Assembly (NCBI RefSeq): GCF_000179635.2 | Contig: NC_014833.1 | Location: 1,830,001-1,862,000 of the forward strand | DNA from: Ruminococcus albus 7 = DSM 20455 | Lineage (GTDB): Bacteria > Bacillota > Clostridia > Oscillospirales > Ruminococcaceae | Length of the DNA stretch: 32,000 nucleotides | Direction: 5' to 3' | In this document: positions 25,338 to 32,000 of the stretch, in pieces | How positions within the stretch are numbered: position 1 is the stretch's first letter | Layout: each line of letters begins with the position of its first letter | Notes under the pieces: generated by a model | The model's database searches: none | The model's input: only the letters and a program-made list of their open reading frames with translations | What the model was told of the DNA's origin: nothing | Program-made: the position numbers and the translations under genes

Positions 25338-25366
25338 ATTATATCACATTTGGATTTGTTTGTCAA
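25338..25366 (-). promoter_or_regulatory. Consensus sigma-A promoter of the YoaS/YozG-type pair
   Basis: On the minus strand TTGACA (25366-25361), a 17-nt spacer, then TATAAT (25343-25338). Confidence 0.6.
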
Positions 25367-25448
25367 TACTTTTTTATCGTAAAACAATAAAATTATTTTG
25401 ATAAGCAAAAAATGTTGTTGCTTTGCGTGTTTTGCGGCTTTTCAGATG

Positions 25449-25477
25449 TTGACTTTTCTTTTTGGTGGTGTTATACT
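25449..25477 (+). promoter_or_regulatory. kptA promoter
   Basis: TTGACT (25449-25454), 17-nt spacer, TATACT (25472-25477). Confidence 0.5.
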
Positions 25478-25532
25478 TCTTATAATGTGATAACAGATAA
25501 CGGAAACATATAAAGGAAAAGAGGTCGATAGA

Positions 25533-26093
25533 ATGTCAAAGATAAAAAACGATGATGTATCTCTTGGACGATTTATCAGTCTTGTTCTTCGGCATGAACC
25601 CTCTGCTGCAGGGATAGTACTTGATGCGGAGGGGTGGGCTGACGTTGATGAACTGATACACGGTATATGTAACACTGGCAGAAAGCTGGATATGGAAACC
25701 CTGGAACGCATTGTGCGTGAGAACAACAAGCAGCGTTATTCTTTCAATGAAGATAAAACAAAGATACGTGCCAATCAGGGACATAGTATCAATGTTGTCA
25801 TAAATATGAAGATAATGTCTCCGCCTGAAGTGCTTTATCATGGTACATCTGAAGCTTTTATTGAAAGCATAAAAGAGAAAGGGATATCTAAAATGTCAAG
25901 GCAGTACGTACATCTGTCCGAAGATATGGACTCAGCAGTTAAAGTAGGCAGTCGTCACGGGAAGCCTGCTGTGCTTGTTATTGACACTGCAAAAATGTCG
26001 GCAGATGGTTTTGTATTCCGTATTTCGGAAAACGGAGTATGGCAGAGTGATGACATACCGTGGAAATACGTAACTGAGATAAAGTATCCATAA
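25533..26093 (+). CDS. kptA: RNA 2'-phosphotransferase (Tpt1/KptA family)
   Basis: ..LGRFISLVLRHEPSAAGIVLDAEGWADVDELI.., ..IRANQGHSI.., ..LYHGTS.., ..SRQYVHLS.., ..GSRHGKP.. The R-H-R-R catalytic tetrad positions are all present. Confidence 0.9.
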   Translation: MSKIKNDDVSLGRFISLVLRHEPSAAGIVLDAEGWADVDELIHGICNTGRKLDMETLERIVRENNKQRYSFNEDKTKIRANQGHSINVVINMKIMSPPEVLYHGTSEAFIESIKEKGISKMSRQYVHLSEDMDSAVKVGSRHGKPAVLVIDTAKMSADGFVFRISENGVWQSDDIPWKYVTEIKYP

Positions 26094-26138
26094 AAAATAC
26101 CGCACTTCTAAAATCAGGAGAAGTGCGGTATTTTTATT
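26094..26138. terminator. Bidirectional terminator between kptA and trmB
   Basis: ATACCGCACTTCT-aaaatcagg-AGAAGTGCGGTAT, flanked by an A-run upstream and TTTTATTT downstream. Confidence 0.75.
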
Positions 26139-26145
26139 TGTATAT

Positions 26146-26817
26146 TTATTTTCTCAAATAAGCTTCCAGTCTGTATATGGGCATACCCATATCTGAAAAT
26201 CGCTTTTCATATTCGGTGACGATATTGCCTTCAAATCCGCTGTTATGCAGGTCGAGTGATATATTTTTCAGACCGTAGCCGTTTTCGGAAAACTGCTCCA
26301 GTGAGAATTCAAAAAAGTGCATATTATCCGTCTTCTGATGGATCTCGCCGCCCTCAGCAAGCAGACGTTTGTATATTTCCAGAAATTCTCCGTGGGTGAG
26401 TCTGTGATTGGCATAGGTGTTTTTGGGATATGGGCAGCTGAAATTAAGATATATCCGCCTTATCAGTCCTGCAGGTATGAAGCAGTCCAGATATCTTGCA
26501 TTTCCCCTCATAAATCGAACATTTTCAATGCCCTGTGATATTACGGCTTCTGCAGCATCGACTATTACATTAGAACTTACTTCCACTGCAAGATAATTAA
26601 CATCAGGATAGCGTTTAGCCAGCTCGCATATGAACTGACCTTTGCCGCAGCCTATCTCAAGTTCTACAGGATTATCGTTGCCGAAAATAGCTGCGATATC
26701 CAGCAGGTCGCGGTCATCCTTGACAGAAAAATCCAGTACATCGCGGTCGAGATAGAGTATTTTGTCACCGCAGGCTGCAAGTCTTTCTTCAAGGTTATTT
26801 TTTCTTCTCATTCTCAT
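26146..26817 (-). CDS. trmB: tRNA (guanine-N7)-methyltransferase
   Basis: The SAM-binding LEIGCGKGQFICELAKRYPDVNYLAVEV, plus ..IYLNFSCPYPK.. and ..HRLT.. are TrmB motifs. AAGGAGAA RBS. Confidence 0.9.
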   Translation of the reverse strand: MRMRRKNNLEERLAACGDKILYLDRDVLDFSVKDDRDLLDIAAIFGNDNPVELEIGCGKGQFICELAKRYPDVNYLAVEVSSNVIVDAAEAVISQGIENVRFMRGNARYLDCFIPAGLIRRIYLNFSCPYPKNTYANHRLTHGEFLEIYKRLLAEGGEIHQKTDNMHFFEFSLEQFSENGYGLKNISLDLHNSGFEGNIVTEYEKRFSDMGMPIYRLEAYLRK

Positions 26818-26857
26818 ATATATTACTTCTCCTTACTGTACAATAAAATGTACTGAG

Positions 26858-27451
26858 TTATCTTCTTTTCTTAAAAGCGGATGTTCTTCTGCCTTTTTTT
26901 AGCTTGTGGAGGAAATAATCCTGATCTGCGGTAACACGTTTCCATTCGGTGGCTGAACCTGTCAGCGGATCACCGAAGGGGTATACTGAAAGCATGATCT
27001 CAGGAAGACCGTTGCCTTTATATAGCGGTGTCACACGGAATGTCAGCTGAGTAGCAAGTACACCTAAGAACTCCTCTTTTGTGGTAGCAACGCTTGAGTC
27101 GAATTCGGGCAGCTTGATATCTGTGAATTTTGCCTGGTATATCATCTTGCCGTCACTTTTTTTTACAAGCGGAAGATCATATCTCTCGGGTACGGTTTTG
27201 CCATTGACATTTTTCATATATGTTAGATCGGTAAAACGCACAATGCCGCTGTCTACTGCATCACCTGATATGGTGATACATATTCCTGCATCAGAGGCTG
27301 CACCGATATTCTGCATACTGAAAGAGAAGGGGAGCTCGTTTATCATTATCTCTCCGCAGCCTACCATTTTAAGGTATGGTTTGCCGGATGCTACGTGGTC
27401 ACCTAATATTTCTTTTATTTCGTTTATCTTTTTGTTATTGCTTTTACTCAT
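26858..27451 (-). CDS. Hypothetical soluble protein with no family recognised (197 aa, basic C-terminal tail)
   Basis: The start overlaps the galK stop as ATGA (27451-27448). It has no TM segment or signal peptide, looks predominantly beta-type, and ends ..HKLKKGRRTSAFKKRR. It lies 40 nt upstream of trmB with no terminator between. Confidence 0.7.
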   Translation of the reverse strand: MSKSNNKKINEIKEILGDHVASGKPYLKMVGCGEIMINELPFSFSMQNIGAASDAGICITISGDAVDSGIVRFTDLTYMKNVNGKTVPERYDLPLVKKSDGKMIYQAKFTDIKLPEFDSSVATTKEEFLGVLATQLTFRVTPLYKGNGLPEIMLSVYPFGDPLTGSATEWKRVTADQDYFLHKLKKGRRTSAFKKRR

Positions 27452-28692
27452 ACTTCAAACAGCACCTTTGTTCCGCCGCAGTTCCTTATTGTCAGCACAT
27501 GGCAGGCACCAGTGCCGAATACTCTGTCCATACCGTTTTTGAATTCTTCCAGTTTGTTTTCGGGTACGAATGCCTGTATCGTTCCTGCAAATCCTCCGCC
27601 GTGAACTCTGCAAGCGCCTTCATCACCGAGTATCTGCTTTGCGAGATACAGTGCTACTGTCAGACCTTGTTCACGAACATTCACAGCCGCAAATATATTC
27701 TGCAGATAGGCTAGGGAAGAATTTCCGCTTTCGTTTATAAACCTCAGGAACTCTCCGAACTCTCCGTTTTCAAGAGCCTCAGCCTGCTTAGCTACTCTAT
27801 CATTCTCATCAAAGAAATGCAGCGCTCTGAGTACAGCCCTGTCACCGCATTTTTCCCTCAGTGTGACTATATTTTTCATTACGTCATCCTTGGTGATCTC
27901 GCGCAGCACTGTTTTGCCGAAATACTCGGCTACACTTTTCATCTCAGGCGGGATAGCAGCATATTCCAGTGTAAGATCTGCATGGCTGCCTTTGGTATCG
28001 ATAATGCATAGTTTGTGTCCGCTTTTGGCAAAATCATATTTTACGCTCTTTATTAACGGCTGTTCCTTATCCTTGAAATCTATGGTGATAAGTCCGCCTA
28101 CTGAGGAAGCCATCTGGTCCATTAACCCCGAAGGCTTGCCGAAATGGACATTCTCGGCATATTGTGCCAGCTTTGCGATCTCAACATCATCAATTTCTCC
28201 GTCATTGTACAGACCGTTGAGTATTGTACCGATTATGACCTCATAGGCTGCCGAAGAGGAAAGTCCTGAACCCTGCAGTACCTCAGAAGTCATATAAGCC
28301 TTGAAACCGCCAAGCTTGTGTCCGTTATTCTTAAAGCCGTCTGCCATACCTCGTATCAGTGCGGAAGATGTGTTCTTTTCGTCTTCACGGGGAAGTGTAT
28401 CGCATATATCCACTACATCAGTAGGGAAACCCTCTGATTTCACTGTGATATAGCCATCATCCATAGGTATAACTGCTGCTATGATATCAAGCGAAACTCC
28501 TGCAGCCAGTACACATCCAAGATTGTGGTCAGTATGGTTTCCACCGACCTCGGTTCGTCCGGGTGCACTGAAAAAGTACTGCGGTGTTTCACCGAAAAGC
28601 TTCTTGAATTCAACAGCAGTTCTGCCGTAGCGCTGAAGCTGTCTTTCCATATCTTCTTCCGAATATATCCTGCCCAGTGAAAGAGTTTTCAT
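27448..28692 (-). CDS. galK: Galactokinase (GHMP kinase)
   Basis: The galactokinase signature [15 protein letters not shown] and the GHMP motif GSGLSSSAA are present. I moved the start to the ATG at 28692 ([10 protein letters not shown]..), which has GGAGGA 7 nt upstream. The track start is a TTG at 28734. Confidence 0.9.
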   Translation of the reverse strand: MKTLSLGRIYSEEDMERQLQRYGRTAVEFKKLFGETPQYFFSAPGRTEVGGNHTDHNLGCVLAAGVSLDIIAAVIPMDDGYITVKSEGFPTDVVDICDTLPREDEKNTSSALIRGMADGFKNNGHKLGGFKAYMTSEVLQGSGLSSSAAYEVIIGTILNGLYNDGEIDDVEIAKLAQYAENVHFGKPSGLMDQMASSVGGLITIDFKDKEQPLIKSVKYDFAKSGHKLCIIDTKGSHADLTLEYAAIPPEMKSVAEYFGKTVLREITKDDVMKNIVTLREKCGDRAVLRALHFFDENDRVAKQAEALENGEFGEFLRFINESGNSSLAYLQNIFAAVNVREQGLTVALYLAKQILGDEGACRVHGGGFAGTIQAFVPENKLEEFKNGMDRVFGTGACHVLTIRNCGGTKVLFEV

Positions 28693-28858
28693 AACCATAT
28701 CCTCCATAGCTGTATCTTCATTATCCTTACCCAAGCCGTCCGTCAGACGACATATATTTTATTATACTATATCCTATCTTTTTTTTCAAGTGCTTTTGCA
28801 TAGAACAGTCAGTAAATTTATAATAAATACTAAAAATGAAAAATTAACATTATGCCAC

Positions 28859-28887
28859 TTGCAAACAGCAAGGCTATGTGTTATAAT
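28859..28887 (+). promoter_or_regulatory. guaA promoter
   Basis: TTGCAA (28859-28864), 17-nt spacer ending in TGT, TATAAT (28882-28887). Confidence 0.55.
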
Positions 28888-28921
28888 AAACATATATTTT
28901 TTCAGGAAAGAGGTTTGCGCT

Positions 28922-30463
28922 ATGACCAACGAATATGTTCTCATACTTGACTTCGGCGGACAGTACAACCAGCTCATTGCAAGACGTGTGCGTGAATGTA
29001 ATGTTTACTGTGAAGTCAAGCCATACAACAAGATAGGCATAGATGAAATAAAGAAGCTTGCTCCCAAGGGCATTATTTTTACAGGCGGTCCTCAGAGTGT
29101 TTACGGTGAAGATGCACCCAGCGTATCCAAGGAGATTTTTGAACTTGGCATACCGGTTCTGGGAATATGCTACGGTTCACAGCTGATGGCTCATGTACTA
29201 GGTGGAAAAGTCGAGACCTGCACGGTTTCGGAATACGGTAAGACAGAAACAGAGTACGACAAGTCCTGTGCGCTTTTTGCTGATGCTGAGATACCTACCC
29301 GCGCAGTAAGCTGGATGAGCCATACTGATTTTATATCCGAAGTACCCGAAGGCTTCAAAATCGCAGCGCACACTTCTAACTGCCCTTGTGCTGCAATGTG
29401 CAATAAGGATAAGAAACTGTATGCTGTACAGTTCCACCCTGAGGTGAATCATACTCAGTTCGGTGTGAAAATGCTTGCAAGCTTCCTGAAGGATGTCTGT
29501 GGCTGCACAGGCGACTGGACAATGGAGAATTACGCTGAAAAGGCAATAAAGGATATACGAGAAAAGGTCGGTGACGGCAAGGTACTGCTGGCACTTTCGG
29601 GCGGTGTTGACAGTTCTGTTCTGGCAGCTCTGCTTTCCAAGGCAGTCGGCAGACAGCTCACCTGCATTTTTGTCGATCACGGTTTCATGAGAAAGAATGA
29701 AGGCGACGAGGTCGAGGCTGCTTTCAAGGACTGGGATATCAATTTCGTAAGAGTCAATGCGAAAGAGCAGTTCATGGGCAAGCTTCGCGGAGTATCCGAC
29801 CCTGAAACAAAGCGCAAGACTATCGGTGAAGAATTCATAAGAGTATTTGAAGCCGAGGCAAAGAAAATAGGCAAGGTCGATTTCCTTGCGCAGGGCACTA
29901 TCTATCCCGATGTTATCGAGAGCGGTGCAGGAGATGCTGCCGTTATAAAGAGTCACCACAACGTTGGCGGACTTCCCGATCACGTTGATTTCAAGGAGAT
30001 CATCGAACCTCTGAGAATGCTGTTCAAGGACGAGACAAGAAAACTCGGTCAGGAACTTGGTCTTAGTGAGACTCTGGTATGGAGACAGCCTTTCCCGGGT
30101 CCCGGTCTTGCTATAAGAATAATCGGCGAGATCACCGATGACAAGCTGGAGATACTTCAGGACGCTGACTGGATCTTCCGCGAGGAGATCGCAAAGGCAG
30201 GTCTTGACAGGAGTATAAACCAGTACTTTGCAGTGCTGACCAACAATCGATCTGTTGGTGTTATGGGCGATTTCCGTACTTACGATTACACACTTGCTCT
30301 GAGAGCTGTTGAGACCACCGATTTCATGACCGCAGAATTCAGCCGCATCCCATATGATGTACTTGAAACTGCTTCCCGCAGGATAGTAAACGAGGTAAAG
30401 AATATCAACCGCGTATGCTATGATATTACCACAAAGCCACCCGCAACTATTGAGTGGGAATAA
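28922..30463 (+). CDS. guaA: GMP synthase (glutamine-hydrolysing)
   Basis: GATase domain (..[20 protein letters not shown].., ..GICYGSQLM.., ..FHPEV..) and ATP-PPase domain (..[11 protein letters not shown]..), with the C-terminal ..PPATIEWE. I moved the start to the ATG at 28922, which has an AAAGAGG RBS. The 44-aa upstream extension in the track is AT-rich leader. Confidence 0.95.
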   Translation: MTNEYVLILDFGGQYNQLIARRVRECNVYCEVKPYNKIGIDEIKKLAPKGIIFTGGPQSVYGEDAPSVSKEIFELGIPVLGICYGSQLMAHVLGGKVETCTVSEYGKTETEYDKSCALFADAEIPTRAVSWMSHTDFISEVPEGFKIAAHTSNCPCAAMCNKDKKLYAVQFHPEVNHTQFGVKMLASFLKDVCGCTGDWTMENYAEKAIKDIREKVGDGKVLLALSGGVDSSVLAALLSKAVGRQLTCIFVDHGFMRKNEGDEVEAAFKDWDINFVRVNAKEQFMGKLRGVSDPETKRKTIGEEFIRVFEAEAKKIGKVDFLAQGTIYPDVIESGAGDAAVIKSHHNVGGLPDHVDFKEIIEPLRMLFKDETRKLGQELGLSETLVWRQPFPGPGLAIRIIGEITDDKLEILQDADWIFREEIAKAGLDRSINQYFAVLTNNRSVGVMGDFRTYDYTLALRAVETTDFMTAEFSRIPYDVLETASRRIVNEVKNINRVCYDITTKPPATIEWE

Positions 30464-30587
30464 TACAAACACTTGCCAAAACGTCGTAATACCGTGCTTT
30501 TCAAGGCATAGTTAAGCTAAGTGGCAACGATTTGGCAACAATTCTCGATCATCGGCAACAGTTATAAATATTTTGTCTGAAAAGATA

Positions 30588-30631
30588 AGAGCTATCTGAT
30601 TCGTATTTGAATCGGATAGCTCTTTTTTTTA
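30588..30631 (+). terminator. Intrinsic terminator of guaA
   Basis: AGAGCTATCTGATTC-gtattt-GAATCGGATAGCTCT followed by TTTTTTTT. Confidence 0.8.
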
Positions 30632-30807
30632 TTGTCATATTTGCAAAGGTCTGTGCTATTATGATCCGCCTCTTAAAAACATAATTTCAGTTAATGATTA
30701 TCATATTACGATGTTTATGTAAGTATTCTAACTGATTATTGCAAGTGTTAAAGGATTCATGTATTGAAAACCGGTTTATAAAATAATTGTACGAATAGCA
30801 AGTGAAG

Positions 30808-30836
30808 TTGCATTTTTGATCAAAATGTGATATGCT
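30808..30836 (+). promoter_or_regulatory. Candidate promoter of the two-component operon; its -10 overlaps a 16-bp-stem palindrome
   Basis: TTGCAT (30808-30813), 17-nt spacer ending in TGA, TATGCT (30831-30836). The palindrome GCTAAATACCGGTGAA / TTCATCGGTATTTAGC spans 30834-30871. Confidence 0.4.
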
Positions 30837-30968
30837 AAATACCGGTGAAGTTTTATTCATCGGTATTTAGCATGACTGTAAGAATTAAGTTAATCTTAAG
30901 AATTACATTCAACTTAAATTAAGAATGATGTATTATCATATGATCATACAAGGAAAGGACATAACGTT

Positions 30969-31679
30969 ATGGATTATATCACAGCAACTATTCTTGTAGT
31001 AGACGATGACAGGGACATCGTGGCAGCCATCGCGAAGCTGCTGGAGCTTGAAGGGTATAAAACTGTCAGGGCATATGACGGTATCGAAGCACTGGAGAAG
31101 CTTTCGGAGAACGACATACAGCTTATACTGATAGACGTGATGATGCCGAGGTTGGACGGCTTATCGGCTATAATGAAGATACGCGACAAGCGGAATATCC
31201 CGATAATAGTATTATCAGCAAAATCCGAGGATACAGATAAAATACTCGGACTTTCAATGGGTGCTGACGACTATATCACAAAGCCCTATAATCCCATGGA
31301 GCTTACCGCCCGTGTGAAGAGCAGCCTGCGAAGATATATGCAGCTTGGTGATATAGGCAGTATAAACAAAACGGACGTTATAAAAATAGGCGGTCTTGAA
31401 CTTGATAAAGGTGCAAAATCCATTACGGTGGACGGCGAACCGGTCAAGCTGACAGCTACGGAATTGAAGATACTTGAACTGCTTATGGAGAACGCTGGTC
31501 ATGTATTTTCGGCAGAGGAGATATACCGCAGGGTGTGGAATGAGGACGCTTACGCGGTGGAGAACACAGTAATGGTACATATAAGGCATATTCGGGAGAA
31601 AATAGAGATCGACCCGAAGGAGCCGAGATATCTGAAAGTGGTGTGGGGCATTGGGTACAAGATCGAAAAAAATATCTAA
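30969..31679 (+). CDS. OmpR/PhoB-family response regulator
   Basis: Receiver domain (..ILVVDDDRDIV.., ..LILIDVMMPRLDG.., ..IIVLSAKSE..) plus a winged-helix output domain (..LTATELKILELLMENAGHVFSAEEIY..VMVHIRHIREKIE..YLKVVWGIGYK). Confidence 0.92.
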   Translation: MDYITATILVVDDDRDIVAAIAKLLELEGYKTVRAYDGIEALEKLSENDIQLILIDVMMPRLDGLSAIMKIRDKRNIPIIVLSAKSEDTDKILGLSMGADDYITKPYNPMELTARVKSSLRRYMQLGDIGSINKTDVIKIGGLELDKGAKSITVDGEPVKLTATELKILELLMENAGHVFSAEEIYRRVWNEDAYAVENTVMVHIRHIREKIEIDPKEPRYLKVVWGIGYKIEKNI

Positions 31680-32000
31680 GTTTTTTCCGAAGGCTGTCAG
31701 GGTGACGGCGTTCATCACGGCTTGTGTGGCGGCGGGTATAGCGCTGTTCGGTGAGATGGATGTGAGCCGCATTAAAGACAGGATATTCGAAATGGGCGGA
31801 GATATGCGAGGAAATCTGGAATATCCCGAGATATATCGCACCGAACTGAAAAATATGTATGAACAGCTTTGCATACTTGGCGTGTGCGAACTTGCGAATA
31901 TGGACGAAAACGGTAAATACATAGGTAATAAAAACGTACAGTCCGATCTTTTGTACTATTTTGATTTCAACGAATACCGCTACAAAAAGACAGGCGAGGG
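31651..32000 (+). CDS. Probable cognate sensor histidine kinase, N-terminal part only (runs off the right edge), start uncertain
   Basis: The frame stays open from 31636 to the window end and overlaps the regulator stop. It reads ..KISKFFPKAVRVTAFITACVAAGIALFGEMDVSRIKDRIFEMGGDMRGNLEYPEIYRTELKNMYEQL.., a basic N-terminus followed by a TM helix. Possible starts are the TTG at 31651 or the GTG at 31702. No kinase motifs fall inside the window, so the call rests on position and topology. Confidence 0.5.
   Translation, partial: MGTRSKKISKFFPKAVRVTAFITACVAAGIALFGEMDVSRIKDRIFEMGGDMRGNLEYPEIYRTELKNMYEQLCILGVCELANMDENGKYIGNKNVQSDLLYYFDFNEYRYKKTGE

Noticed and set aside
28790-28921. A 44-aa N-terminal extension of guaA given in the ORF track. 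Similar upstream extensions exist for 5073-5441, 19024-20274, 21517-22368, 22667-24319, 24809-25408 and 27448-28734.
   Set aside because: The extensions run through AT-rich promoter or leader sequence, often start at non-ATG codons, and lack an RBS. Internal ATGs with well-spaced GGAGG-type sites give canonical N-termini, such as [14 protein letters not shown] for GuaA and signal peptides for the lipoproteins.
28735-28921. Looked for a purine or guanine riboswitch in the guaA leader.
   Set aside because: The predicted leader is only about 30 nt after the -10. It has no three-way junction or conserved purine-riboswitch loops.
29198-30472. A 424-aa ORF antisense to guaA. Similar long antisense or alternative-frame ORFs occur at 603-1151, 1167-1895, 4094-4723, 5113-5700, 12124-12843, 16866-17609, 24675-25301 and 31254-31922.
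   Set aside because: Each lies entirely within a gene whose product has unmistakable family motifs on the other strand or in another frame. Their translations are low-complexity or Cys/Ser/Leu-rich, lack an RBS, and look like shadow ORFs.
30515-30522. The 8-mer AGCTAAGT, identical to most of the IS target duplication, recurs downstream of guaA.
   Set aside because: An 8-mer is expected about once by chance in 64 kb of two-stranded sequence. No IS end or inverted-repeat fragment is adjacent.
30521-30540. Sigma-54-like -24/-12 pattern (TGGCAACGATTTGGCA).
   Set aside because: The -12 element reads TGGC where the consensus has TTGC. The site lies between a stop codon and its terminator with no downstream gene for 400 nt. 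It is better explained as part of the GGCAAC repeat array.
1-32000. Searched by eye for CRISPR arrays, tRNA or rRNA genes, integrases, reverse transcriptases, toxin-antitoxin pairs, restriction-modification or other defence genes, and long tandem repeats.
   Set aside because: I found none. All ORFs over 60 aa are accounted for by the genes listed or by shadow ORFs. Intergenic regions longer than 150 nt are described individually above.

Overview
This 32 kb window looks like ordinary chromosome from a mid-GC Clostridia-class Firmicute, probably a Ruminococcus-like fibre degrader. Supporting clues are a lipoprotein GH10 xylanase, a decayed dockerin repeat, a type-A RNase P RNA and the spoVB/yabM-like - mazG - hup - S4(yabO-like) gene order. 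That taxonomic call is inference from gene content only.

I support about 31 protein genes, most of them housekeeping:
- Nucleotide, sugar and RNA metabolism: guaA, galK, trmB, kptA, a transaldolase-family gene, mtnN-luxS, hup and mazG.
- Envelope: a D-Ala-D-Ala carboxypeptidase and a MOP flippase.
- Regulation: a LysR regulator with a divergent operon, a GGDEF protein, and an OmpR-type response regulator followed by a probable kinase.

Other elements are one RNase P RNA gene (rnpB, minus strand) and one ISAs1-family insertion sequence. The IS has perfect terminal inverted repeats, a 9-bp target duplication and a frameshifted transposase. There are also a number of sigma-A-like promoters and intrinsic terminators.

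I found no rRNA, tRNA, CRISPR array, prophage, integrase, restriction or other recognisable defence genes, and no RiPP or secretion cluster. I therefore cannot point to a convincing new multi-gene system. The best candidates for undescribed biology are:
1. A same-strand block of uncharacterised envelope and HTH genes (YoaS/YozG-type pair, a DUF4153-like polytopic protein, a coupled micro-membrane peptide), placed divergently next to a stand-alone KptA.
2. An orphan 197-aa protein translationally coupled between galK and trmB.
3. A roughly 70-nt nested hairpin element between the transaldolase-family gene and its terminator.
4. A promoter-to-terminator unit holding only a frame-broken dockerin remnant.
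5. An 11-codon Cys-Cys leader ORF whose stop overlaps (ATGA) the start of a membrane-protein gene.

All family names come from my own recognition of motifs in the translations. No database search was run.
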